Positions 46,935-55,822 of a DNA stretch of 64,000 nt are shown one piece after another. A model generated the notes under the pieces. It did not search any database. It was not told where the DNA came from and saw only the letters and a program-made list of their open reading frames with translations. A program made the position numbers and the translations under genes. How positions within the stretch are numbered: position 1 is the first letter of the stretch; every line of letters starts with the position of its first letter. Source of the stretch: Candidatus Omnitrophota bacterium (GTDB lineage: Bacteria; Omnitrophota; Gorgyraeia; Gygaellales; Profunditerraquicolaceae). The stretch spans positions 42,409 through 106,408 of the forward strand of contig JAQUMX010000001.1 in assembly GCA_028717885.1 (NCBI GenBank), written 5' to 3'.

Positions 46935-48116
46935 CTATATTTTCCTCGCACACAAATTATCGATTCTTTCTTTCCAATTCTCCACTTCCCAAGCCCGTTC
47001 GTCCTCTCCCACTAACCCTAAAAACCTTGCCTGGGCATGGGCAATTTGGCAAAGATAGTCGCTCGGCGTATCCAGCGTGCCGTATTCCGACCAGGATTTT
47101 GCCGGGCACTGCTCACAAAGCCCTTTTAAAAAACAACGGGCGCAACGATCCAAATAATCCTTATTTTTCGCCCTGATTTGCCGGACCTTAGGGAAAAAAT
47201 TAGTCACTGCGTCTTCCAATGTCCCTTTAGATAGGTCATAGGTAGTTTGCGGATGCCGCAACATCATACAGGGCTGGAAAAAACCGTAAGCATCTACGCA
47301 CCCGCTGCAATTGCCGGAGCCGCAGGAAAAAAGGTTATCTGCGGATGCGCGCATAAATTTAGAGCAGAATTCCTGCATGCCTTTGATATATTCGTCTTTT
47401 TTCCGGGTCAAAACTCCCAAGCCCTCTTCTGCAGAAAGCCTTAATTTTTTAATCTGCTCGCTCTTGGCATCCCGCCTGCAGCGTAAATCAAAAAACATCG
47501 AATATGACGGCGGACGGTTATCCATCCAGGGGATCTTTTTTGACCAGGCTTCGAATTCTTCGATTTCATTCTTATTCTCATTGAGCAAAGCGCCTTTTAC
47601 CACAAAAGGGACTTTGTTTTCCCATAAAAGATTGATCCCGCGAAAAGCAGCCGCATAAGACCCTTTTACCTGGGTCACTGCTTCATAGGATTTTTCTTTC
47701 ATTCCATAAACAGTCACTTCCATTTTTTCCATAGGAGGAATATGTTTAAATAATTCTATCCATTTTGGGGTAATCAGCGTGGCGTTGGTAAAAATCATCA
47801 CCTTTAGCCCCAGCCTACGGGCAAAAATGTAAAGCTCTTTGAAATCTTCCCTTAAAAACGGCTCTCCGCCGGTAAACCTGACGGTCATGCACCCTAAATC
47901 CGCGGCTTCCTTAAGGATCTCTTCGATCCTTTGCGTCGAAAGCTCTCTTTTTTTGGCCGCAGGGTCATCCTTGGATAAATTAATACAGCAATGGACGCAA
48001 TTATTATTACAGCGTTCCGTCAACTCGATATCCAACCAGCCTAAAACCGGGCCGCTGCCTTTACTAAATTGCGGAGCACTTGCATTTACTATTGAAACGT
48101 AAGATTCGTTCTTCAT
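46935..48116 (-). CDS. Radical SAM / SPASM-domain peptide-modifying enzyme
   Basis: CNNNCVHC; C-terminal SPASM Cys cluster (CGSGNCSGCVD...C...CARCFLKGLCEQCPA). Confidence 0.8.
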   Translation of the reverse strand: MKNESYVSIVNASAPQFSKGSGPVLGWLDIELTERCNNNCVHCCINLSKDDPAAKKRELSTQRIEEILKEAADLGCMTVRFTGGEPFLREDFKELYIFARRLGLKVMIFTNATLITPKWIELFKHIPPMEKMEVTVYGMKEKSYEAVTQVKGSYAAAFRGINLLWENKVPFVVKGALLNENKNEIEEFEAWSKKIPWMDNRPPSYSMFFDLRCRRDAKSEQIKKLRLSAEEGLGVLTRKKDEYIKGMQEFCSKFMRASADNLFSCGSGNCSGCVDAYGFFQPCMMLRHPQTTYDLSKGTLEDAVTNFFPKVRQIRAKNKDYLDRCARCFLKGLCEQCPAKSWSEYGTLDTPSDYLCQIAHAQARFLGLVGEDERAWEVENWKERIDNLCARKI

Positions 48117-50068
48117 AATTTTTTTAAAATCCCCACGATTTCTTTATCTTTATTAAACCTCTGAATATAACAGGGGACATTTTCTACGATATCATCAACC
48201 AGGACCAAAGTTTTATCCCACCAATCCGTAGTGACAAAAGGCTTGATCAGGCAGCTTAAAACCCTCTTTGTCGCCTCATTTTTATCCTTAAGAGGGATCA
48301 GCCTGTTTTCCTTGGCCTTTTCCAGAAAAAGCAAAGCCGTAAGCGGAACGGATTTCCCGGAAACCGTGGGGCAGTCCCCGTGGCTCCAGGTACCGTATGC
48401 CTTGAAATCATTTTTGCATTTACGCACGATAATCCGGTCATCACAAAGTATCTGCGCGTCGTCTTTCAAAATATTCGCCATGGTAGTTTTTCCGGCTTCG
48501 GAGTGGCCGACAAAAAGCAAACCCTTGCCGTTAAGGTCGACTCCGCAAGCATGCAAATAACAGCCTTGCCTGTCCGCCAAAATGCGCGCAATCAAAATCT
48601 GATCCGTAGGAAAGAGAGTCAAAGAATGCAAATCCCCTTTACGGAAATATTCGTCTTCGGTATTGTAGATCCTGGCGCTGGTATGGTCATGATTAAAAAC
48701 AGCAACCCGGTGCAAACTTTTATCTTCTGCCTGGGGCGAGATGCCTAAATATATCCAGGAAGAATTATTTTTATAAACTGCCCAGGGAGGCTTGCGGTAA
48801 AATTCCTTGCCCAATTCTTTTTCTTTTAATTCCGGAAGCGAAAAATGGTGCCTGATGCTGACGATATCCTTGCCGGGCTTGTCAGTAGCAAATAAGTTGA
48901 ATTTAGGATGAAAGGTCTTTCCATCCATCGGAACATCTGCCTCTACCTGAATGGTAATATCTGCGATATTAAAATAGCGTCGGTGGGTCATTATCCAATC
49001 CTCCTTGAATTTTTCATTCTCCCTGGCCGCATCACAAAGATAATCTATTTTTGCGTCGTATCTGCCATGTTCCAGGTAACTGTATACCGGGCAGATCCGG
49101 CAATTCTGCCGCTGCGCGCAGGACCCGCAGTTCTCTTCATATTCTTTGGTAACTTTAATTTTTTTTCCTAACGAAGGAATAAAATTTTCCCATCCTTCCT
49201 CGAAGGTGCCCTTGCGCAGGTCATAGCGCATCTTTGGATCCTTTAAAAAGCAGCAGAATGTCATTCCTCCGTAAGGATCGACATGAAAATCCCTGCGCAT
49301 CGCTACACAAGAACCAAAAAGATATTCTTCCTTGCTGTCATGGCAATAGCGGTGGCCAGCTTCGCGGTGCATCTGGTCTTCATATGATAAATCCGGCTTG
49401 TCTAGCTCAATGACTTCTTTGGCAGGTAAGCGTTGGCGGATAATTTCCTCATTTATTTTTTTGTCTGCGCAAGCGGAAAGATACAACCATGCAGCTCCCA
49501 CACGGTAATGCTTGCTTAGAGATTCGGCTAATTTAACCATCTCCTGAAATTGATGGTAATTATCGCGCATAGGGATCAACTGCACGATAAAACCGGCGCC
49601 TGCTTCTTTAAGATAGCGAAACCCACGCATGGTCTGCTCGAATGAACCGGGGTTACGCGTAATGCGATCGTGCACTTCGGCGGTAGCTCCGTAAATCGCC
49701 ACCATTTTCGCGCCTTTTTTCTTTAAAAGCTTGGCGATTTTAGGCGTAATTAACGCACCATTGGTATTAATAGAATAAGAATTCGCATTACTGGTAATAT
49801 ATTCGAAAATTTCCGTAAAATCCTTGCGCAACATCGGTTCCCCGCCGGAAATCGACCACCTGCGGCAACCCATTTTCTTGGCATCGGAAACCAGTTTCTT
49901 GATTTCTGCTAAGCTAAGCTCATTTTTCGCTTCTTTGGCATCGGGACCCACCCGTAACCAGCAATGCCGGCAATTATTATTGCAGCGATAGGTTAGATCC
50001 AAACTTCCTTCGAGCGGAAGGCGCGGAAGGATAAATTGTTGTTTTACCTCAGAATATTCAATAGACAT
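48113..50068 (-). CDS. Radical SAM / SPASM enzyme fused to a C-terminal HPr-kinase-like P-loop domain
   Basis: N-terminus CNNNCRHC plus SPASM Cys cluster. C-terminal ~250 aa with FVGHSEAGKTTMA Walker-A in an HprK C-terminal-domain-like context. Confidence 0.7.
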   Translation of the reverse strand: MSIEYSEVKQQFILPRLPLEGSLDLTYRCNNNCRHCWLRVGPDAKEAKNELSLAEIKKLVSDAKKMGCRRWSISGGEPMLRKDFTEIFEYITSNANSYSINTNGALITPKIAKLLKKKGAKMVAIYGATAEVHDRITRNPGSFEQTMRGFRYLKEAGAGFIVQLIPMRDNYHQFQEMVKLAESLSKHYRVGAAWLYLSACADKKINEEIIRQRLPAKEVIELDKPDLSYEDQMHREAGHRYCHDSKEEYLFGSCVAMRRDFHVDPYGGMTFCCFLKDPKMRYDLRKGTFEEGWENFIPSLGKKIKVTKEYEENCGSCAQRQNCRICPVYSYLEHGRYDAKIDYLCDAARENEKFKEDWIMTHRRYFNIADITIQVEADVPMDGKTFHPKFNLFATDKPGKDIVSIRHHFSLPELKEKELGKEFYRKPPWAVYKNNSSWIYLGISPQAEDKSLHRVAVFNHDHTSARIYNTEDEYFRKGDLHSLTLFPTDQILIARILADRQGCYLHACGVDLNGKGLLFVGHSEAGKTTMANILKDDAQILCDDRIIVRKCKNDFKAYGTWSHGDCPTVSGKSVPLTALLFLEKAKENRLIPLKDKNEATKRVLSCLIKPFVTTDWWDKTLVLVDDIVENVPCYIQRFNKDKEIVGILKKL

Positions 50069-50127
50069 GCTTGTTGGGTACCTCTAGAGCTCAAAAGATG
50101 GGCCTGTTTATTTCAAAAGGCGCTTAA

Positions 50128-50170
50128 CTGCTATATTATACAATAGATTAAGATATTTTAAAGGGTTTTT
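50128..50170 (-). promoter_or_regulatory. Putative sigma70-type promoter (extended -10 TTGTATAAT) between the small ORF and the radical SAM genes
   Basis: Minus-strand reading: TTTAAA-16nt-TGTATAAT, then AGAGGT RBS before the ATG at 50068. Confidence 0.3.
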
Positions 50171-50215
50171 TCCGGCAAATCAATTACTTACCAGGAAAAA
50201 CGCCCTTATATTCCT

Positions 50216-50416
50216 TTATGAGTTTGCCATCTGGTCACACCAATTGCCGCCGCAATATCTTTCATTGAAAAAATGATAACATCCATAGTCTTTACCGTCA
50301 GGGCCCGATAGAGGATATACATACTTGCAGGATCGCAGTATATTCTCCTGCCTATGGCTTTCTCTGGCCAGAATAACAATCTTTGGCCTTAACCATTTTT
50401 TCTTTCTCTGAAACAT
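50216..50416 (-). CDS. Candidate RiPP precursor peptide: 66 aa, basic leader, Cys-rich core, C-terminal Ser
   Basis: Strong RBS (AAGGGAGGT, 5 nt before the ATG). Sequence ...RSCKYVYPLSGPDGKDYGCYHFFNERYCGGNWCDQMANS. Sits between the ABC exporter and three radical SAM/SPASM genes. Confidence 0.45.
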   Translation of the reverse strand: MFQRKKKWLRPKIVILARESHRQENILRSCKYVYPLSGPDGKDYGCYHFFNERYCGGNWCDQMANS

Positions 50417-50469
50417 CTATACCTCCCTTGTGTTTACCATTTAAAGATTTAGTTGTCTTTTATAGCGCC

Positions 50470-52200
50470 TTAATCGGTCTGATTTTGAAAAAATTCCCGG
50501 TAATCCTGGCTGGCTGACAAAAGTTCTCTGTGGGTGCCGGTTTCCATCTGGCTGTCCTTTTTAAGAAAATAAATCCTATCTGCATCTTTTACCGAAAAAA
50601 GGCGGTGAGAAATAATCAGCGTGGTTAATCCTGCTCGCTGTTCTTTAAGATTATTGAATATCTTCTCTTCGGTCTGAGAATCTACGGAAGAGGTGGCTTC
50701 ATCTAAAATTAAAAGCCTGGGTTTCCTGAGAATTGCCCTTGCCAAAGCTACCCTTTGTTTAAACCCCTGAGAGAGCCGAAAGGCATCTTCCCCAATCAGG
50801 GAATCAAATCTGTCCGGCAATTGGCTGACAAAATTGTCAATACAGGTGATCCGCGCCGCATCTTCGATTTCCGCTTGAGAAACCCCCTTTAAACCATAGC
50901 AGATATTCTCTTTTATCGAAGCATCGAATAAAAACGGCTGCTGAGTGGCAATAGCGATATTTTCTCTTAAGTCCCTGATTTTAATCAGTTTTAAATCCTG
51001 CTGGTCTAAAATAACCTCCCCTTTCCAGGGATCATACAGCCGTAGGATCAAATTAAAAAGCGTGGTCTTTCCGCATCCCGAAGGGCCGACAATCCCTGCC
51101 CAGGAAAAAGCCGGGATATGAAAATTTAACCCCTTAAAAACAGGGGCGTTTTCTTGATACCCGAACCAGACGTCTTGAAAAATAATTTCTCCGCGCACAT
51201 TTTTTACGCTTTTTGCCTGAGGCAGGTCACGTACTTTTGGCCGTGCATGTAAAACCTCGAATAACTTTTCCAGAGAAACCGATTCCTGTACAAAATTCCG
51301 TAACCTAAACCCCATCGATTCCAATAAGCCGCCTAGTTGCGTCAGGTAGATCATTACTGCTGTGTAGCTACCCAAGGTAAGGCCGCCCTTGATAATCAGC
51401 CATCCGCCGTAGAGGGTGATTACTCCGAAAATTGCCTTGGAGAGAAAGCTGGAAGTGATGGAGCTAACCAGCCCCCAGCGAAAACTTTTTATCCTCCAGC
51501 GTATATTTTTGATCAGAGAATCAAGGTACCTGTGCCTTTTAAAATTCTCCAGGCCCAGTGCTTTAATAATCAGGATTTTGGAGAATGCCTCATTCAGTTC
51601 TTTATAAAGATAGGCGCTGAACCTCCAGATCTCTTCATAAATCGGCCGTAGTTTATTTTGGATGTAAAAACTCTGGATAAGAAAAAGCGGGCTTAAAATT
51701 ACCAACAGGACGGTCATGCGCAGGTTTAACCAGAGGCAGATTCCCAGGATCATGACCATCTTAACGATATCGCACAAGATCTGCGGGCATTGTTCAAGCA
51801 AAAAATTAGCCACAATTTCCGTATCAGACAGCCTGAAGAGGTTTTCTCCGATAGATTTACTGTAGAAAAAAGAGATGTCCTGGGAAAAGAATTTTCTGAT
51901 CAGCTTATGGGATAAATTTAGGCGCAATTTTACGGAGATGCGGTTTTTCACGATATCGCTTGCCAGCGTGAATAGAGTACTAAAAACAAATACTACGGCG
52001 CCCCAAAACGAGAGGCTTAAAAATTTTCCCAGGTCCTTTCCCAGGAATGCCTTATCGATAAAAAGCTTAGAAAAATAAGGGCCGATAAGAAAAAACAGAG
52101 AGGAAAGAAAAGAAAGAAAGAAAAGCACCAGGATTTGCCTTTTATAAAGCAGGACAAACCCCATTAAATTCCTGATTTTCGTTTTTGTTTCCGCTTTCAT
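50470..52200 (-). CDS. ABC exporter, fused TMD-NBD (type I exporter, peptide/lipid export family)
   Basis: 576 aa; six N-terminal TM helices; Walker A GPSGCGKTT, signature LSQGFKQRVALARA, Walker B LLILDEATSSVD. Confidence 0.8.
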   Translation of the reverse strand: MKAETKTKIRNLMGFVLLYKRQILVLFFLSFLSSLFFLIGPYFSKLFIDKAFLGKDLGKFLSLSFWGAVVFVFSTLFTLASDIVKNRISVKLRLNLSHKLIRKFFSQDISFFYSKSIGENLFRLSDTEIVANFLLEQCPQILCDIVKMVMILGICLWLNLRMTVLLVILSPLFLIQSFYIQNKLRPIYEEIWRFSAYLYKELNEAFSKILIIKALGLENFKRHRYLDSLIKNIRWRIKSFRWGLVSSITSSFLSKAIFGVITLYGGWLIIKGGLTLGSYTAVMIYLTQLGGLLESMGFRLRNFVQESVSLEKLFEVLHARPKVRDLPQAKSVKNVRGEIIFQDVWFGYQENAPVFKGLNFHIPAFSWAGIVGPSGCGKTTLFNLILRLYDPWKGEVILDQQDLKLIKIRDLRENIAIATQQPFLFDASIKENICYGLKGVSQAEIEDAARITCIDNFVSQLPDRFDSLIGEDAFRLSQGFKQRVALARAILRKPRLLILDEATSSVDSQTEEKIFNNLKEQRAGLTTLIISHRLFSVKDADRIYFLKKDSQMETGTHRELLSASQDYREFFQNQTD

Positions 52201-53285
52201 TTTAGCAATTGGCTATATATACCTTCTAAAGATTCTACTATATTATCCCAGTTATAGCCAGCGGCAATTCTTTTTGCTTCCAGGCCTTTTTGCTTTACCA
52301 CTTCCGGATGGTTAATCAGATATTCAAGCTTATTTCTTAAGTCCCGGGCATTGCCTTTCTGAAAATAAACCCCTGCGTCTTTTAAAACTTCTTTGAACTC
52401 CGGGATATTGCTTACCAACAAGCATTTAGCGAATGAAGCAGCTTCCAACATCGAGAAAGAAAGCCCTTCAATCTCAGAAGGAAAAACCGCCAGATACGCC
52501 TGGCTATAAAAAAAATCTAGCGCCCTACTGTCAACTTGCCCTACAAAAACCGTATTTTCTCCTGCTATGCTTTTCAAATATTCTAAATATTTTTTCGCGA
52601 ATGCAGCATCCCCGGCAATCACCAGCTGAAAATCACTCTTTAGCGCCTTAAAAGCCGTAATCAGGCAATCTATGCCTTTCTCTTCGGTGATCCTGCCGGA
52701 AAACAGAATGAATTTGGCATTTTTCCATCCGGCGTACTGCGGCCCAATCTCCGGAGTAGCTTCCTTTAAATTAATGCCGTTAGGAATATAGGTTGCTCTG
52801 CCGGCAAACATTTTTTCCATATTTTTCGAAACCACGATCGTTTTGTCGGCAAAATAGAGCGCGGGGAACTGGCAAGCCCAAAGAAAAATTTTTGCGAACC
52901 ACGGCCATTTTTTTCTTTTCCAATCTAAAGCATGGATCGTTACTACCGTTTTTTTTCCAAATATCCTGGGTAGAAAAGAAAAAACCGACGGCCCCAGGCA
53001 ATGATAGTGCACTATATCTACCTTACGAAACAATACATCGGCAGTGGCAAAAAATGAGGCGATAAAAGTAGCAAGGTATTTATTCTTTAACGTCGGAGTT
53101 TCGATTACGTTCACCCGGGGAAAAAGCTCTTTTTTTCTGAAAACACGCTGCAAATTCTCTGCATGGCCATAGACAATAAATTCCGCATTCTTTAAAGAAA
53201 GCCTTTTTACTGTCTCTTCAATATTCCTCTCTACCCCGCTGTAACAAGCAGGAATCCCCCGGGAACCGATAATAGCAATTCTCAT
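52197..53285 (-). CDS. GT-B fold glycosyltransferase (GT4/GT1)
   Basis: 362 aa; C-terminal EGLSFSMLEAASFAKCLLVSN EX7E-type region. Confidence 0.75.
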   Translation of the reverse strand: MRIAIIGSRGIPACYSGVERNIEETVKRLSLKNAEFIVYGHAENLQRVFRKKELFPRVNVIETPTLKNKYLATFIASFFATADVLFRKVDIVHYHCLGPSVFSFLPRIFGKKTVVTIHALDWKRKKWPWFAKIFLWACQFPALYFADKTIVVSKNMEKMFAGRATYIPNGINLKEATPEIGPQYAGWKNAKFILFSGRITEEKGIDCLITAFKALKSDFQLVIAGDAAFAKKYLEYLKSIAGENTVFVGQVDSRALDFFYSQAYLAVFPSEIEGLSFSMLEAASFAKCLLVSNIPEFKEVLKDAGVYFQKGNARDLRNKLEYLINHPEVVKQKGLEAKRIAAGYNWDNIVESLEGIYSQLLK

Positions 53286-54496
53286 TTATTTTTTACGCTC
53301 ATCTCTCCGGCGCCTGCTGTCACGCTTAAAATCGCCAGGAAGATCCAGAACAAATAAAAGGTTGTCTGCCATAATAAGCCGTCAAACGCAGCCATATTAA
53401 TCAGCAGGCCCAAAAAGCCCAAAAATAAAGCGCTCTGGCGGTTTTTCCATGCCTTTTTAAAAACAACACCTAAAAGAAGCATTAATCCCAAAAAGCCCAA
53501 CAAGCCTGTTTCTGCTAAATGCATAAGATAAATGCTGTCCGGCACTCTTACTTCCGGATTAAGCCGATAACGCGTAAAATTTGCGGCAAATTCCCGGTAA
53601 TGATTTAATCCGATTCCCACAAGAGGATGGTTTTTTAAAACATCCCAGGTAATTAAATAATTCTTTGCCCTGTGGCTAAATCTGACATAATAAAACAGCC
53701 TGACTATCCCGAAGCGTTTGGAAAAACCTGGCCCAAAAATCGAGAATGCGCTCAGAATAGAAAAAAACAAACAACCCAGCCAAAGATAAGAAATCCATTT
53801 CTTTTTGCCTACTTGCCAGAGCCAGAAAGAGCAGATCAGTAAACCAGCAAACCATGTCCCGCGGGAAAAGCTTAAGATAATCCCCGCTACAATCAGGCAA
53901 AAACAAGCTAGGTTAAAGAGTTTAAGCCTGTAAGTTGGGGCGTTACGGTAAAAATAATTCGCCAGGGGCGCACAACCGATCAAGTATGCTCCCACAATAT
54001 TCGGATGCACCAAAGTTGACATTACTCTCTTGCCGATGAAGCGTAGATAATACGGATTATCCAACAAATACAGATAAACAGGATTGGCTTTAAAAAACAT
54101 TTCTAGAATGCCTAAAAGCGAAACGATCCCTGCGCAAACTACCAAACAATAGAGTATTTCCTGATAGTCCTTTGATTTGGCTACCTGCCGGAAGATAAAA
54201 AATACCGAAGCGGCACTAAGGCAGAAATCCTTATAAAAAACAAAGGCCTGATTTGAAGATAACGCTCCCGGCAAAAGCAAAAGGAAATATGCGCCCAGAA
54301 CCGCTGCCGAAGGATTTAAAAAATATTCCCGGAAATTAAAACGCTGTTCGATTAAAGAAAGCAGAAAAAGCATGCCTAATCCGAGATTAAGCTGTAGTTT
54401 ATACTGCGCCTGGAACGGATCCGGCACAAAAGAGATCCAACAGATAAAGAAAATTAAAGACAGCTTGATTATCCGGCGTAAACCTCCTCTTAACAT
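53282..54496 (-). CDS. O-antigen ligase/polymerase (Wzy_C)-like membrane protein
   Basis: 404 aa, ~11 TM helices, large loop with HLAETGLLGFLG-type Wzy_C pattern. Confidence 0.6.
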   Translation of the reverse strand: MLRGGLRRIIKLSLIFFICWISFVPDPFQAQYKLQLNLGLGMLFLLSLIEQRFNFREYFLNPSAAVLGAYFLLLLPGALSSNQAFVFYKDFCLSAASVFFIFRQVAKSKDYQEILYCLVVCAGIVSLLGILEMFFKANPVYLYLLDNPYYLRFIGKRVMSTLVHPNIVGAYLIGCAPLANYFYRNAPTYRLKLFNLACFCLIVAGIILSFSRGTWFAGLLICSFWLWQVGKKKWISYLWLGCLFFSILSAFSIFGPGFSKRFGIVRLFYYVRFSHRAKNYLITWDVLKNHPLVGIGLNHYREFAANFTRYRLNPEVRVPDSIYLMHLAETGLLGFLGLMLLLGVVFKKAWKNRQSALFLGFLGLLINMAAFDGLLWQTTFYLFWIFLAILSVTAGAGEMSVKNK

Positions 54497-54499
54497 CTG

Positions 54500-55822
54500 C
54501 TACTCCTTCATCCCTGTTGTCAAAGCAGCCAGCAAGCCGCAGTAAATCCAGAACATATATAAAGGCACTACCCACAATAAAGCATCAAAATAAACCATCG
54601 CAAACAGGATAATCAAAAACCCGGAACTTAACGCCAAAACAAGGCCGGAATCGCTGCGCTTAGCCCGGATATATTTTACGGCATCCCGCATTAAGATATA
54701 AATAAAAAAAACAAAGGAAAGGAAAACGATTACTCCCCCTTCAGCCAAGATCGTCAAGTACATATTATCGGCGATTTTGGCATAATCACGCTTAATTTCA
54801 GGGTTATAAAAACCATAATATGAGCGGAATTGCGCCAGCCCTACTCCGGCAAAAGGATGGTCCTTAGCCATTTGTAGCGCAATTTTCCAGTTATTTGCGC
54901 GCGAATTGGAGTCAACTAACATGCCGATACTAAACCTGAAAAATACAGCGCCCACCCGCGATGTGGGATTGAATTTCGTAATCAGCGTAGAGAATAAAAC
55001 CAAGGTCACAAAAATCAGGATAATATGGCGCCACATTTTTCTATTTTTGAAAAAGGCATAGAATAAAGATGCTGCCAAAACAGCGAGAAACACTCCCCGG
55101 GTAAAAGTAACAAAAACCCCGGCGCCGATCGTAATCGTCATTATCCCGGCAATTAAACGCTGCTTCTTCCTTCTTTCCGCAATAAATGCCTCGAAGAAAA
55201 GCGGCAAGAGCGCCCCAAGAAAAACCCCCAAGACCTGCGGCACTGACTGAGTAGCCATTGCGCGGCGCTGAAAGAGAAAAAACAGGTAAAAAGCATTGTA
55301 AATTAGTTTTTCGAAAATCAGATTCCGGTCAAGAATGAATTCGACCACGGCAAACCCGGCCACAATCAAGGCAAAAACACCAAATAATGCCAAGAATGCT
55401 TTTTTGTTTTTCGATAGGGGGAATTCATTTTTAAATAAGAAGTACAAAATGGGGCCGGGTAAAACGAATTTGACAAAACAGGATGCGGCGGCGGGCCTAT
55501 CTTTTACCCAAATCAGATTAAAAGAAAGAATTGCCAAAAATAAGACCACTAAGAAGTCTTTTGTTCCGAAACTGGCGATTCTTCCGGCAAAGACAGAAAC
55601 AGCCAACCCGATCAACAGCATAATAAGTATAGGCGTACTGCAGCTTGAATAAAGCGCTTCCGGTAAAAACGATAGCCAAAAAGCCAAGAACAGGCAAATC
55701 ACCGAGAAGGCCCCCGACGAATATCCCTGCAACTTATGCCTTGCCGACAAAGAACCTGGAAAAATGCCTTTCATAAAATGAAACCCTCCATAGGTAGAGA
55801 AGAAAATCCAGCGGATTATCAA
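54500..55822 (-). CDS. O-antigen ligase/polymerase (Wzy_C)-like membrane protein
   Basis: 440 aa polytopic; loop YLTILAEGGVIVFL similar to the neighbour. True start may be an internal Met, which would reduce the overlap with the upstream gene. Confidence 0.6.
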   Translation of the reverse strand: MIIRWIFFSTYGGFHFMKGIFPGSLSARHKLQGYSSGAFSVICLFLAFWLSFLPEALYSSCSTPILIMLLIGLAVSVFAGRIASFGTKDFLVVLFLAILSFNLIWVKDRPAAASCFVKFVLPGPILYFLFKNEFPLSKNKKAFLALFGVFALIVAGFAVVEFILDRNLIFEKLIYNAFYLFFLFQRRAMATQSVPQVLGVFLGALLPLFFEAFIAERRKKQRLIAGIMTITIGAGVFVTFTRGVFLAVLAASLFYAFFKNRKMWRHIILIFVTLVLFSTLITKFNPTSRVGAVFFRFSIGMLVDSNSRANNWKIALQMAKDHPFAGVGLAQFRSYYGFYNPEIKRDYAKIADNMYLTILAEGGVIVFLSFVFFIYILMRDAVKYIRAKRSDSGLVLALSSGFLIILFAMVYFDALLWVVPLYMFWIYCGLLAALTTGMKE

